Positions 1 through 9,531 of a stretch of DNA of 33,458 bases are shown one piece after another (position 1 is the first letter of the stretch; the number at the start of each line of letters is the position of its first letter). The notes beneath the pieces were generated by a model, which was given only the letters and a program-made list of their open reading frames with translations, searched no databases and had not been told where the DNA came from. The stretch is from NCBI GenBank assembly GCA_947057505.1, contig CAMSEM010000003.1, positions 1 to 33,458 on the forward strand, written 5' to 3'. Both the position numbers and the translations under genes were made by a program. Origin of the DNA: an uncultured Clostridium sp. GTDB lineage: Bacteria > Bacillota > Clostridia > TANB77 > CAG-508.

Positions 1-1
1 G

Positions 2-1099
2 CGTTCACCCGGGCGAAAGAGAAGCTTATCATTACCGGAACTATGTCAAATTCCAGAACTATCAGAAAAATACCGCATTTTGATACGTTATTTTGAAACC
101 AACTTCTACCCAGATGGCAGAAATGTATTAAACACAAAACGTTCTGTTACAACAGCTTCTTCTGAATTAGATAATTTACTACGCTATCCTGGTGTAAAAA
201 ATATTTTGTGTAATCGTTCTAACAACTTAAATACAGACAAATTGCTATCAAAAGGTGAAGTAACTTTATTGTGTACTCGTAGAGGAGATTTAGGAGAAAC
301 TGCTCACAAGGCATTTGGCTTATTCTTCTTATTACTATTACAACAATCTATTCTTTCTAGACCTGGAAATGATAGTAATCGTATACCGCACTTTTTATAT
401 ATTGATGATTTTCCAACTTATATTTGCAAAGCAACTGAACCAATTTACACTCTATACCGTAAATATAAAATTGGTACTGTATTAGACTCACAAAACCTAA
501 CACAGTTAAAAGGTGATTTATCAGCTGATGGTAGAGGAGATTATTATAAAGATTTAATTCTTTCTAATACTGTTAACAAATTTATTTTTGGTAATGCTCT
601 TCCAGAGGATGTACAATGGTGGCAAACAGCAATGCAAGATAAAAGAGAATGGACTTTCAGTAATACCTATAATGCAGATAAAACAGAATATGATCCTAAA
701 AAAGGTAATATTAGTTTAGCTTGGAAATCTAATTTTGCTGCTGGTAAAATTATGTCTTTGAAATCTAAACAAGTTATTTACAAAATTAAAGATGCAAAAG
801 GATCTAGTAAAGTAAATAAAGGTAAAGTAGATTTTATGGAATCTAAATATAAAGAACCTAAAAAACTTAAAAAATATGATTTTACTAAGTTTACTAATGG
901 TATTTCAGACATAGAAACTGCTGCAAGAAAAGCACTTGAAAAGAATAAACCTAACTATTCAGTTATTACATCATCTAATGATAATTATGATATTGACAGA
1001 GAAATAGATCCAATTCAAACAGATATATCTGATTCTAGATTTTTATTTGATAATGAAGATGCTATTGTGGTAAACTTTAAAAATAAAAAAGGCGAATAA
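2..1099 (+). CDS. VirD4/TraD-like coupling-protein ATPase, C-terminal part (5' partial)
   Basis: Frame is open from nt 2. It contains HFLYIDDF (Walker-B-like, D where E is usual), RKYKIGTVLDSQNLTQL and ILSNTVNKFIFG, typical of TraD/VirD4 C-terminal domains. The first ~45 nt look foreign (see findings). Confidence 0.65.
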   Translation, partial: RSPGRKRSLSLPELCQIPELSEKYRILIRYFETNFYPDGRNVLNTKRSVTTASSELDNLLRYPGVKNILCNRSNNLNTDKLLSKGEVTLLCTRRGDLGETAHKAFGLFFLLLLQQSILSRPGNDSNRIPHFLYIDDFPTYICKATEPIYTLYRKYKIGTVLDSQNLTQLKGDLSADGRGDYYKDLILSNTVNKFIFGNALPEDVQWWQTAMQDKREWTFSNTYNADKTEYDPKKGNISLAWKSNFAAGKIMSLKSKQVIYKIKDAKGSSKVNKGKVDFMESKYKEPKKLKKYDFTKFTNGISDIETAARKALEKNKPNYSVITSSNDNYDIDREIDPIQTDISDSRFLFDNEDAIVVNFKNKKGE

Positions 1100-1139
1100 G
1101 TCTTGTTTCCTTGTTTGATTTAATTATATAAGATACATG

Positions 1140-1172
1140 AAAAAAAGATTCTATGAAAATAGAATCTTTTTT
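1140..1172. terminator. Bidirectional intrinsic terminator
   Basis: aaaaaagattctat-gaaa-atagaatctttttt perfect inverted repeat between convergent genes. Confidence 0.85.
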
Positions 1173-1179
1173 AGTGTAT

Positions 1180-2121
1180 TTAAATTCCTAATAATTTTAC
1201 TTCAATGTTTTCCATTTTGTATTTTTGTGTTTCTGCATCTAGTTTAAATTCTACTAATGTTTTAGCAAGTGTTTCTTCATTTTGCCTTAAATCTGTTGTA
1301 TAATATAAGTTGATATTACTAATTTCTAAACCGTTTACTACAATACATTTAAATGTTTGTGCCATGTGTTTTTCATCTTCACAAATTAAAATTAATTGTG
1401 GCAAGCTCATATAACCAGAGTCTCCTACTTGAAAATTTTCATAGAAGTCTTTATATAGTTTCATTTTATCTACTAATTTCTTTTCCCAATCATCTTCTCT
1501 ACGAATTACTTCAAATACAAATTCTATCGATTTTGCATTTTTAGTTAATTTAACACTTCCTCCACTTGCTTTAAATATTTTACCATTTTGTTTAGCGGTA
1601 AATGCTGGCTTTGGTGTATATGAGTCAAATGCTTTTACTTTTCTTAAATAAGCAATTAATGTTTGATTTCCTGCTAACCTTTTTTTAATCATTGGAACAG
1701 GTTTGGTATTATCTGTTGGTTGCCATTTACTTTCTATTCCTCTAGAGTTTAGTAAGTATTTACCCATTTTTTCTAAGCAGTATATACGGTAAATTCCTTT
1801 TCCATCTTCTGAATTGAAATAGTATCTAGTTAAAATTTTGGTTTTTACTAATTGTTCTAATTTATTATTTAATTTATCTTGTGAGCCTACTTCAATGTTT
1901 TTCCATTCTAACATTTGAAGTAGTTGCCTAGATGTTATAAATTCAAATTCATTTACTAATTCCATGATTGCAAAATGAATATCGTTAATATGCCCTATAT
2001 TAATTCTATGAATAATTTGGTTCATAGATACATATCCATCTTTTCCATCAAATACTTTTAATTCACCTTCACGAATGGCAAAAGGCGATACGGTTGCTTT
2101 AATTTCTTTATCTTCTATCAT
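1180..2121 (-). CDS. Replication-relaxation (Replic_Relax)-like winged-HTH plus nuclease-like protein
   Basis: N-terminal FITSRQLLQML...KLEQLVKTKIL...IYCLEKMGKYLL HTH pattern; C-terminal FVFEVIRRE...KMKLY...PQLILICED. SD aggagg upstream. Confidence 0.5.
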   Translation of the reverse strand: MIEDKEIKATVSPFAIREGELKVFDGKDGYVSMNQIIHRINIGHINDIHFAIMELVNEFEFITSRQLLQMLEWKNIEVGSQDKLNNKLEQLVKTKILTRYYFNSEDGKGIYRIYCLEKMGKYLLNSRGIESKWQPTDNTKPVPMIKKRLAGNQTLIAYLRKVKAFDSYTPKPAFTAKQNGKIFKASGGSVKLTKNAKSIEFVFEVIRREDDWEKKLVDKMKLYKDFYENFQVGDSGYMSLPQLILICEDEKHMAQTFKCIVVNGLEISNINLYYTTDLRQNEETLAKTLVEFKLDAETQKYKMENIEVKLLGI

Positions 2122-2262
2122 TTTTAACCTCCTTTAGTCTTAAGCAAAGACTAAACTATTCTATTTTCTTTTTGCTTTTATTACATCAGCTATATTAATA
2201 TTACCATATATTTGGCAATTTGTCTAATTTTTTCAAAAATGTTTGTAAAATTATTTTTTAAA

Positions 2263-2323
2263 ATTTAAGTATATTGCCAAAGCGTAGCACACGCAGCAGT
2301 GCAAACGTGCAATATACTTAAAT
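2263..2323. repeat. 15-bp perfect inverted repeat with GC-richer spacer (hairpin downstream of rluB)
   Basis: atttaagtatattgc ... gcaatatacttaaat. Confidence 0.7.
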
Positions 2324-2352
2324 ATAAAATAATTAAATATTAACAATTACTA

Positions 2353-3066
2353 TTACTTTAACAAATTATCAACTTCCTTCTGGCTTAAGTATCGCCATGT
2401 ACCTAGTTTTAAATCTTTTACACCAATATTTCCAATTTTACTTCTATGAAGTGCTAATACTTTTTTTCCTATTGCTTCGCACATACGTCTTACTTGCCTG
2501 TTTTTTCCTTCGTGAATGGTAATTTCTATTCTAGAAATGTTTTTTTCTTCATCTATTTTCATAATTCTAACTTTAGCTGGTTTTGTAACATATTCTCCAA
2601 TATCTACTCCATTTTGCAAGTTTTCTACTTCTTCATTGGCTATTTTACCTTTTAGAGTTACTTGATAAGTTTTATTTATTTCATGTTTTGGGTGTGTTAT
2701 TTGATAAATAAAGTCTCCATCATTGCTTAAGATTAGTGCTCCAGATGTGTACATGTCTAGTCTTCCTACTGGTACGACTTTTTCTTTTATTTTTATTAAA
2801 TCCATAACTGTATTTCTATTAAATTGATCTTTTACTGTTGTTACATAGTCGATTGGCTTATTTAATAAGATATATACTTTTTTTACTTGGTTTGTTATTT
2901 CTTTGCCTGCAAATTCTACTTTATCTGTTTGTGGATTAATTTTAGTGCCTAATTCTACTACTATTTTTCCATTTACTTTTACTTTGCCATCTATGATATA
3001 TTGTTCTGCTTTTCTTCTAGAACAAACACCTTTGTTTGCTAAAAATTTTTGTAATCTTTCTTCCAT
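2353..3066 (-). CDS. rluB: rRNA pseudouridine synthase, RsuA/RluB family
   Basis: S4 domain RLQKFLA...SRRKAE, catalytic VGRLD, EGKNRQVRRM. Confidence 0.9.
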   Translation of the reverse strand: MEERLQKFLANKGVCSRRKAEQYIIDGKVKVNGKIVVELGTKINPQTDKVEFAGKEITNQVKKVYILLNKPIDYVTTVKDQFNRNTVMDLIKIKEKVVPVGRLDMYTSGALILSNDGDFIYQITHPKHEINKTYQVTLKGKIANEEVENLQNGVDIGEYVTKPAKVRIMKIDEEKNISRIEITIHEGKNRQVRRMCEAIGKKVLALHRSKIGNIGVKDLKLGTWRYLSQKEVDNLLK

Positions 3067-3164
3067 TTTTATTTTTACTTCTTAAAAAACTTGCTTCTAA
3101 GAAGCTTTTCCTCCTTTTCTAAAGATAAGAGGTAATCGTAATTAGATTACCTCTTACATTGTAA

Positions 3165-3497
3165 TTAGTCCTTTTTTTCGCCTAAAACTTCCTTTAGGTG
3201 TTTTATTCTTTTGGTTTCTTCATTAATCTCATAAATTCCTATTCTGGTTAGCCCTAATGCAATAATCGCTAATATCGCATGTACTATGATAATACCTATC
3301 CCATTATAGTAAACAACATCAAGTACAATTGATACAATATTGGCTAAGAATATTATTGCTACAGCTATCGTTGCCATTTGCCAATAGCGAAGTGATGACA
3401 TTTTATTTAGTCCCAAATGCCATATTAAGCAAGTCGCTAGGACTAAGATAGCTAATAGCAGCACACCATCATTAATAGTTCTAATTACAGTTTCCAT
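3165..3497 (-). CDS. Small orphan membrane protein (~3 TM)
   Basis: 110-aa hydrophobic ORF, SD aaggagg, own promoter. Confidence 0.75.
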   Translation of the reverse strand: METVIRTINDGVLLLAILVLATCLIWHLGLNKMSSLRYWQMATIAVAIIFLANIVSIVLDVVYYNGIGIIIVHAILAIIALGLTRIGIYEINEETKRIKHLKEVLGEKKD

Positions 3498-3610
3498 GCT
3501 TCATTCCTCCTTTTATTGATGTAAAATGTTATATTGTAAAACTAAAAAGAAAGGAATTGTTTTTCCTCACTATTTAGTGAAAAAAAGTAATATGAACTTT
3601 CTATGTATGC

Positions 3611-3639
3611 ATTATATCACAATTATTTACATAACTCAA
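3611..3639 (-). promoter_or_regulatory. SigA-type promoter for the 3165-3497 gene, overlapping the rluD stop
   Basis: TTGAGT-17 nt-TATAAT with TG extension on the minus strand. Confidence 0.65.
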
Positions 3640-4532
3640 GTTTTTTTAGTATTTCTTCAAAATATTGTGGTAGAGGTGCTTCTAAGTGCATCTGTTTTTT
3701 AGTAATTGGGTGAATAAAGTCTAGGCTTTTGGCATGTAGCATTTGTCCTACTACTCCAAATTCATTCTTTCCATTAGAATATACCATATCTCCAACTACT
3801 GGATGACCTATTTCTGCCATATGTACTCTTATTTGATGGGTTCTTCCTGTTTCTATAATAACTTGCATGAATGTATAAGTTCCATATCTTTGTAGCACTT
3901 TAAAATGTGTAATGGCTCTTTTTCCATTTCGAGTTACTGCCATTTTCTTTCTATCTTTTGTACTTCTTCCTATTGGCATATCAATACTTGCCTCTTCTTC
4001 TGGTACATTTCCTCGAACTAAAGCTAAATACATTTTCTTTACTTTTCTATCTTGTATTTGATTGCTAAGCTCAATGTGTGCTTTATCGTTTTTGGCTATG
4101 ATTAGTAATCCAGAAGTATCTTTATCTAAACGGTGGACAATTCCTGGGCGTAGCTCTCCTCCAATGCCAGATAGGTCTTCTTTACAATGTGCCATGATAG
4201 CATTTACTAAAGTTCCATCTGGGTTTCCGGTTAGCTGGGTGTACTACCATTCCTTTTGCTTTATTTACTACGATAATGTCATTATCTTCATAAATAATAT
4301 CTAATGGAATTTCTTGTGCTTTTAAGCTTGTTTGTTTTACTTCTGGTATGTCAATGGTAATGCTATCTCCTTCTTGTACTATATAGGAAGTTTTGGTTTT
4401 TTGGTTATTTACCAGTATTTGTTCTTCTTCTATTAGCTTTTTTATCATCATACGAGATAAGTCTACATTTTGATTTGCAATATATTTATCTATTCTTTCT
4501 TTTGCATTACTTTCTACTTTTATTTCTTTCAA
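3623..4532 (-). CDS. rluD: RluA/RluD-family pseudouridine synthase, split by a +1 frameshift at CGG (4227-4229)
   Basis: S4 domain and [12 protein letters not shown] are in the first frame. [14 protein letters not shown]...GIVHRLDKDTSG...TGRTHQIRVH is in the +1 frame. Joined length 302 aa. Confidence 0.9.
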
Positions 4533-4585
4533 TATTTTTCTCCTTATTAACTTATTCTATATCCAATTATTGTTATTATTAAAAA

Positions 4586-6253
4586 TTAATTCACTCTCTC
4601 ATAAACTACAAAGTTCTCATCACTATATAATTCTGTATAGTTATCATCTCTTGATAAGAACATATTTAATTTTGTTTTTGCTCCAGTAATGACATGTGTA
4701 ATATCATATTGTTCCATTTTATCTTCATAATAAGTACTAATATTAGATACATTAATATAATCAGAGAAAATATCTCTACCTGCTTGCTCCTCAGTTTTAT
4801 TGAATTCTGGCGCATATAGGTCTGCTCTTGAATCTATGAAGACTGGGATACCTCTATATAACAAGTAACTTCCATAATTATATTCATTAAATAATTTTAT
4901 ATTTTCAACGTCTAAATGGCTCAGAATATAATCTGATGCAGCTACTGGATAGGTAGCTTCGTTTACAAATTTATCATTTGCTTTTCCTTTTAGCATTAAA
5001 AGACTAATTAAAATAACAATTAGAACAGTAAGTATTCTGCCAAGTAATGTGGTAACAAATTCCATAACCGTTTTAGTTATTTCTTTATCATATTTTTCTA
5101 TTAAGTTAGTTACTAATTTTGCAAAGATAAATCCACAAACAATTACAAAAATAGATGCTTGCCTTCTAGACATGAAGGTAAGTATAGTAAGACCACCTAG
5201 CATAAAGAAATCACGCATACTTGCTTTTGTATCTGTAAAAATAAGTAATAATACAAATACAATAACTACTGTCAACATGGCTTTATTGTTAATTAAAACT
5301 AATGGTTGATGCTCGCTTATATTATCCATTGTATTTCCTTGCATTGTATTTACTAAATAAGTATATGGTGTTACTCCAATTGGTGTAAGTAGCCCTGTGA
5401 AAATACATAAAATCATAATCACAATTAACCATTTTACAGCTGGTTCTTTTTTGAATGTCATTTTATATGCTTTTTTTCTTCTCTTTTGTGTTAATTTTAT
5501 TGCATTTTCCTTATCTAATTGCAAGTGTGCAATTTTTTCTTGCCTCATTCTTACCTTTTCTAAATCACCTTTTTTTGCTATTTTCTTTAATTTACGTTCA
5601 TTCCATTTGATTCTTAACCAGTAATAAATATAACTATCACTAATAAGTGCAAGTAGGTATTCTGCAATATATGGCATATATAAAACGAAGTAAAATGGCC
5701 ATACTGCACAATGCAAATTAGCAATTAAAATAGGAATGATTACTAAATATACTGCATACCTTTTCTTTTTCGTTTTGATAAATTGCTCTATAAATAAAAT
5801 AGTTAAAGCAAATAGAATAAAGGTCACAAGCTGTGCTCTTGCTGCAATAAAGTCTTTTAACAAGTACATGGTTAGCATGGTAATGATAAATGAAATAAGA
5901 GGGTTTTTGCATAATTTATGATTGGTATAATAGCAAACTACTCCAAGTGTCATGGCTAGCAAAATGGTTGCTATATATAGTGCACAAAATCCGCCTATAC
6001 CTGTTATTTCTCCTAAATGGTACACTAGGTAAGTTCCTACATCATAAGCCCAATGTGGATACGTATATGGCAAATTATCATGCCAAGAAAATGGGTCTTG
6101 CATATCGATACTTCCAGTTTGCATGATATGTTCACCAATAGCTATGGTGTAATAGGTATCATTTTGAAATGTAATTGGTGTTAATGCAAAGCAAAAAATT
6201 AAAATGCAAAAAATAGCTAATACATGAAATTTTATATTTGTTTTATCTTTCAT
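4586..6253 (-). CDS. Multi-pass membrane protein, possible GT-C-fold glycosyltransferase
   Basis: Many TM segments; DTYYTIAIGEHI..DPFSWH loop after TM1; C-terminal YNYGSYLLY..VFIDSRADLY. Confidence 0.6.
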   Translation of the reverse strand: MKDKTNIKFHVLAIFCILIFCFALTPITFQNDTYYTIAIGEHIMQTGSIDMQDPFSWHDNLPYTYPHWAYDVGTYLVYHLGEITGIGGFCALYIATILLAMTLGVVCYYTNHKLCKNPLISFIITMLTMYLLKDFIAARAQLVTFILFALTILFIEQFIKTKKKRYAVYLVIIPILIANLHCAVWPFYFVLYMPYIAEYLLALISDSYIYYWLRIKWNERKLKKIAKKGDLEKVRMRQEKIAHLQLDKENAIKLTQKRRKKAYKMTFKKEPAVKWLIVIMILCIFTGLLTPIGVTPYTYLVNTMQGNTMDNISEHQPLVLINNKAMLTVVIVFVLLLIFTDTKASMRDFFMLGGLTILTFMSRRQASIFVIVCGFIFAKLVTNLIEKYDKEITKTVMEFVTTLLGRILTVLIVILISLLMLKGKANDKFVNEATYPVAASDYILSHLDVENIKLFNEYNYGSYLLYRGIPVFIDSRADLYAPEFNKTEEQAGRDIFSDYINVSNISTYYEDKMEQYDITHVITGAKTKLNMFLSRDDNYTELYSDENFVVYERVN

Positions 6254-6295
6254 TTCTATCTCCTTTTTTCTTTTTAAGCTTTATACATAAGTGTT

Positions 6296-6439
6296 TTATT
6301 GTATAGGAAAAATCGCTAGATTTTTCCGTGTACAACAAGGTTAGTCCAGCTTAGTTTACCCAAGCTTTAGCTCGTGGCATGTATTTCGCAAATTCTTCGA
6401 AGGCTTTACCTTACTAAGCGAAATGCCTTTCTTATTATA
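6296..6439 (-). promoter_or_regulatory. Promoter -10 plus structured 5' leader of the membrane-protein gene
   Basis: TGgTATAAT at 6434-6442 followed by several nested GC-richer stems and a long hairpin at 6296-6338. Confidence 0.45.
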
Positions 6440-6756
6440 CCAAATTTTACTTAAACAAACAAGCTATTTTTTAGCATATTAGTAACAATGGTTACTAGAT
6501 ACTGGATCATTATTCAGTGGTAGTTACCTTAATAGTCCTAATCATGTTTGTTTTTACAGTTTTGAAAAGTACTTAAGCTGCCTTTCTTCTTTGAACATGC
6601 TAACTGCATTGTGCATTAAAAAAACAAGAACACACACATGATGTGTACTAATTTACCAAAAAGCATTGATTTATTTTACATAATGTGTTATTATGTGTAT
6701 AAGTTTGTTTATAAAACTTTTAAATTTTTAATAAGATTTTTAAGGAGGGTTATAGC

Positions 6757-7284
6757 ATGAGCGGAAAACAATTATCTAGACCTATAGCAGAACAGCAATT
6801 ACTTTCAAAAGAGGCAATAATGTTGCCTCCTACACAACGGTTAGAGTTGCTTTTTAAAGCAAAAAATTACCCAATAGTAAGAAAAAGGACTTCAGCTGAA
6901 AAACAAATAAATGAGATGATTGACTTTTACAATCTCTGCTGTGTAATGTTAGTGCAGTATTTTCCAGTTGAAGATGCTGAATGCAATTTTCTTATGCTAA
7001 ACCTTATTGCATCACAAGAAAATGCTCAATCAATTTTCACTGGAAAATTTGCAAAAGCTTTAAAAATGTTGAGAGAATATGAGGAGCTGGAAAATAAAAT
7101 AACAGCTATACAAATGTTGTTTTACCAATACCAATATTCTTTTCCTGAATTATATGAATCTTATAATTTAGAAGATTTTGCAATCCAACGTATTTCGGAT
7201 ATTATTCGAGATACTAGAGAATTGATGAATTCCGACCCACAGTTTGCCGAACAAATTTTAAGGCGTTGGGAGCTATTATCTTAA
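6757..7284 (+). CDS. Hypothetical protein (orphan, probably helical)
   Basis: 175-aa ORF with SD aaggagg and a downstream terminator; contains an in-frame CGG at 6838-6840. Confidence 0.7.
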   Translation: MSGKQLSRPIAEQQLLSKEAIMLPPTQRLELLFKAKNYPIVRKRTSAEKQINEMIDFYNLCCVMLVQYFPVEDAECNFLMLNLIASQENAQSIFTGKFAKALKMLREYEELENKITAIQMLFYQYQYSFPELYESYNLEDFAIQRISDIIRDTRELMNSDPQFAEQILRRWELLS

Positions 7285-7290
7285 ATTGAC

Positions 7291-7323
7291 AAAAACAGTT
7301 GGAAAGCTATCCAACTGTTTTTT
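7291..7323. terminator. Bidirectional terminator
   Basis: aaaaacagttgga-aagcta-tccaactgttttt. Confidence 0.85.
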
Positions 7324-7336
7324 CATTATTTTTATT

Positions 7337-8218
7337 TTATCCATTAATTTGTTTTGCAACTTCTTCTGCAAAGTTTTCTTCTTTCTTTTGAAGTCCTTCA
7401 CCTTTTTCAAATCTAGCAAATCTAATAATTTTTGCTCCTTTTGATTCTACTAGTTTTCCTACTTTTTGGTCTGGATCTTTAACAAAGTCTTGTTCTACTA
7501 AGCAAATTTCTCCATAAAATTTTCCAATTCTACCTTGTACTATTTTTTCAGCAACAGCTTCTGGTTTTCCTTCATTAACAGCTTGTGCTTTTAAAATTTC
7601 CATTTCGTGGTCTACTCTATCTTGTGGAACCTCTTCTCTGCTTAAGTATTCAGGTCTTGCTGCAGCAATTTGCATGCAAACATCTTTTGCAAGATTACTA
7701 TCTCCACCTTCTAATTCTACTAGAACACCAATTTTTCCATCTCCATGGATGTAGCTTTCTACTAAACCATTTGATTCGAATCTTTCAAACCTACGAATTG
7801 ACATGTTTTCACCAATTGTTGCAATTTTATTAGTTAATACATCTTGTACAGTTTTGTCTGTTTCTACGATAGATGTTTGTGCTAATAGTTCTTCTAATGT
7901 AGCAGGATTTTTCTCTGCTACTTGTTTTGCAACATCTGCAACAAAGCTTCTAAATTCTTCATTTTTAGCTACGAAGTCTGTCTCTGCATTAATTTCAACT
8001 ACAACTCCTACTTTTTGGTCTTCTGTTACATAAGTTGCAACTAAACCTTCAGCTGCAATTCTATCTGATTTTTTAGCAGCTTTTGCAATTCCTCTTTCAC
8101 GTAAAAGTTCAATTGCTTTTTCTTCATCTCCGTTTGTTTCAGTTAAAACTTTTTTGCAGTCCATCATTCCTGCACCTGTTTTTTCCCTTAGAATTTTTAC
8201 TTGTTCAGCAGTAATCAT
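7337..8218 (-). CDS. tsf: Elongation factor Ts
   Basis: LREKTGAGMMDCKK, ETDFVAKN. Confidence 0.98.
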   Translation of the reverse strand: MITAEQVKILREKTGAGMMDCKKVLTETNGDEEKAIELLRERGIAKAAKKSDRIAAEGLVATYVTEDQKVGVVVEINAETDFVAKNEEFRSFVADVAKQVAEKNPATLEELLAQTSIVETDKTVQDVLTNKIATIGENMSIRRFERFESNGLVESYIHGDGKIGVLVELEGGDSNLAKDVCMQIAAARPEYLSREEVPQDRVDHEMEILKAQAVNEGKPEAVAEKIVQGRIGKFYGEICLVEQDFVKDPDQKVGKLVESKGAKIIRFARFEKGEGLQKKEENFAEEVAKQING

Positions 8219-8240
8219 TATATTTTCCTCCTTTTATTAT

Positions 8241-8383
8241 GAAAGCATTAGTTTTTCTTATGAGATTTTTAGTACCTTGTATGAATGACCATTTAAAGAC
8301 AGCTATTAAAGGTTTTAGCCAAGTGATAGATGTCAAAAATGAAAAAGGTTTTAAAAATCGAAGAAGACAAACTAATGCTTTTC
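8241..8383. repeat. Imperfect ~30-bp terminal inverted repeat element between rpsB and tsf
   Basis: gaaagcattagttt..gattttta pairs with taaaaatc..aaactaatgcttttc. Confidence 0.6.
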
Positions 8384-8402
8384 TATACCATATATAACCT
8401 TA

Positions 8403-9206
8403 TTATTCAGCTATTTCTTCTGCTTTAGCTGGTTCTTCTTCAGCTTGAGCTACAACTTCTTCCATGTCAGCTGGTGCTTCTAAATTTTCTTCTACCATAG
8501 CTTCTTCTACAGTTTCCATAGATTCACCTTGTCTTCCTTCAATAACAGCATTTGCCATACAGTCTGCAATTAATTTTACAGCACGAATAGCATCGTCATT
8601 TCCTGGAATTGCATAGTCTACATCTTCTGGGTTACAGTTAGTGTCTACTAAACCAACAACTGGAATACCTAATTTTCTAGCTTCTAGAATTCCTATTCTT
8701 TCTTTTTTAGGATCTACTATGAACATAACTCCTGGTATTTCTGTCATTTCTTTAATTCCACCAAGGTTTTTTTCTAGTTTTTCCATTTCTTTCTTTAAAA
8801 GAATTACTTCTTTTTTAGGTAGTACATCAAATGTACCATCTTCTTGCATTTTTTCAAGCTCTGTTAATCTGTTAATTCTTTTTCTAATTGTTTCAAAGTT
8901 TGTTAAAGTACCACCTAACCATCTTTGGTTAACATAGTACATACCGCATTTTTCAGCAGCTTCTTTCATGCATTCTTGTGCTTGTTTTTTTGTTCCTACA
9001 AATAGAATTGATTTTCCTTCTTCTGCTTGTTCTTTTAAGAAAGCATAAGCTTCATCTAACTTTTTAGATGTTTTTTGTAAGTCAATAATGTGGATGCCAT
9101 TTCTAGCTTGAAAAATGTATTCAGCCATTTTAGGATCCCATCTTCTTGTTTGATGTCCAAAGTGAACACCTGCTTCTAGTAATTGTTTCATTGCAACTAC
9201 TGCCAT
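8403..9206 (-). CDS. rpsB: 30S ribosomal protein S2
   Basis: [29 protein letters not shown]. Confidence 0.99.
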   Translation of the reverse strand: MAVVAMKQLLEAGVHFGHQTRRWDPKMAEYIFQARNGIHIIDLQKTSKKLDEAYAFLKEQAEEGKSILFVGTKKQAQECMKEAAEKCGMYYVNQRWLGGTLTNFETIRKRINRLTELEKMQEDGTFDVLPKKEVILLKKEMEKLEKNLGGIKEMTEIPGVMFIVDPKKERIGILEARKLGIPVVGLVDTNCNPEDVDYAIPGNDDAIRAVKLIADCMANAVIEGRQGESMETVEEAMVEENLEAPADMEEVVAQAEEEPAKAEEIAE

Positions 9207-9227
9207 AATTTTTTCCTCCTTTTAGTT

Positions 9228-9330
9228 GTTCCTCCATATTGCTACAAACGTTTCAAAAGACTTGTTTAAATTGATTAATAGATTTTTTAAGCAAGCACTC
9301 TTTTGTTACTTACAATATGTGTGTATTTTT
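9228..9330 (-). promoter_or_regulatory. rpsB leader (t44/S2 autoregulatory-type structure)
   Basis: Minus strand ACACAC-catattg...caatatgGAGG long stem directly upstream of rpsB, downstream of an extended -10 (TGaTATAAT). Confidence 0.65.
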
Positions 9331-9531
9331 CCAACGTATATTATTATATCATAAAAAGTGCCTGCAGCGCAAGCACTTTTTGCAATTTTGGGTGACAATT
9401 TGCAATTTATTGATATTATGCCACTTTGGTCTAATAGTATTTTTTCTATGGATAATTTTTTTGTTTTATTATAAATTGGATTTCTATACTTTCATATTAA
9501 GATAATATATATTTCATTTATCAATATCTAA

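Noticed and set aside
1670-2505. AGG as a second shift-inducing codon
   Set aside because: AGG encodes Arg in frame here (AAA AGG TTA; the conserved AAC AGG CAA in rluB) without a frame break.
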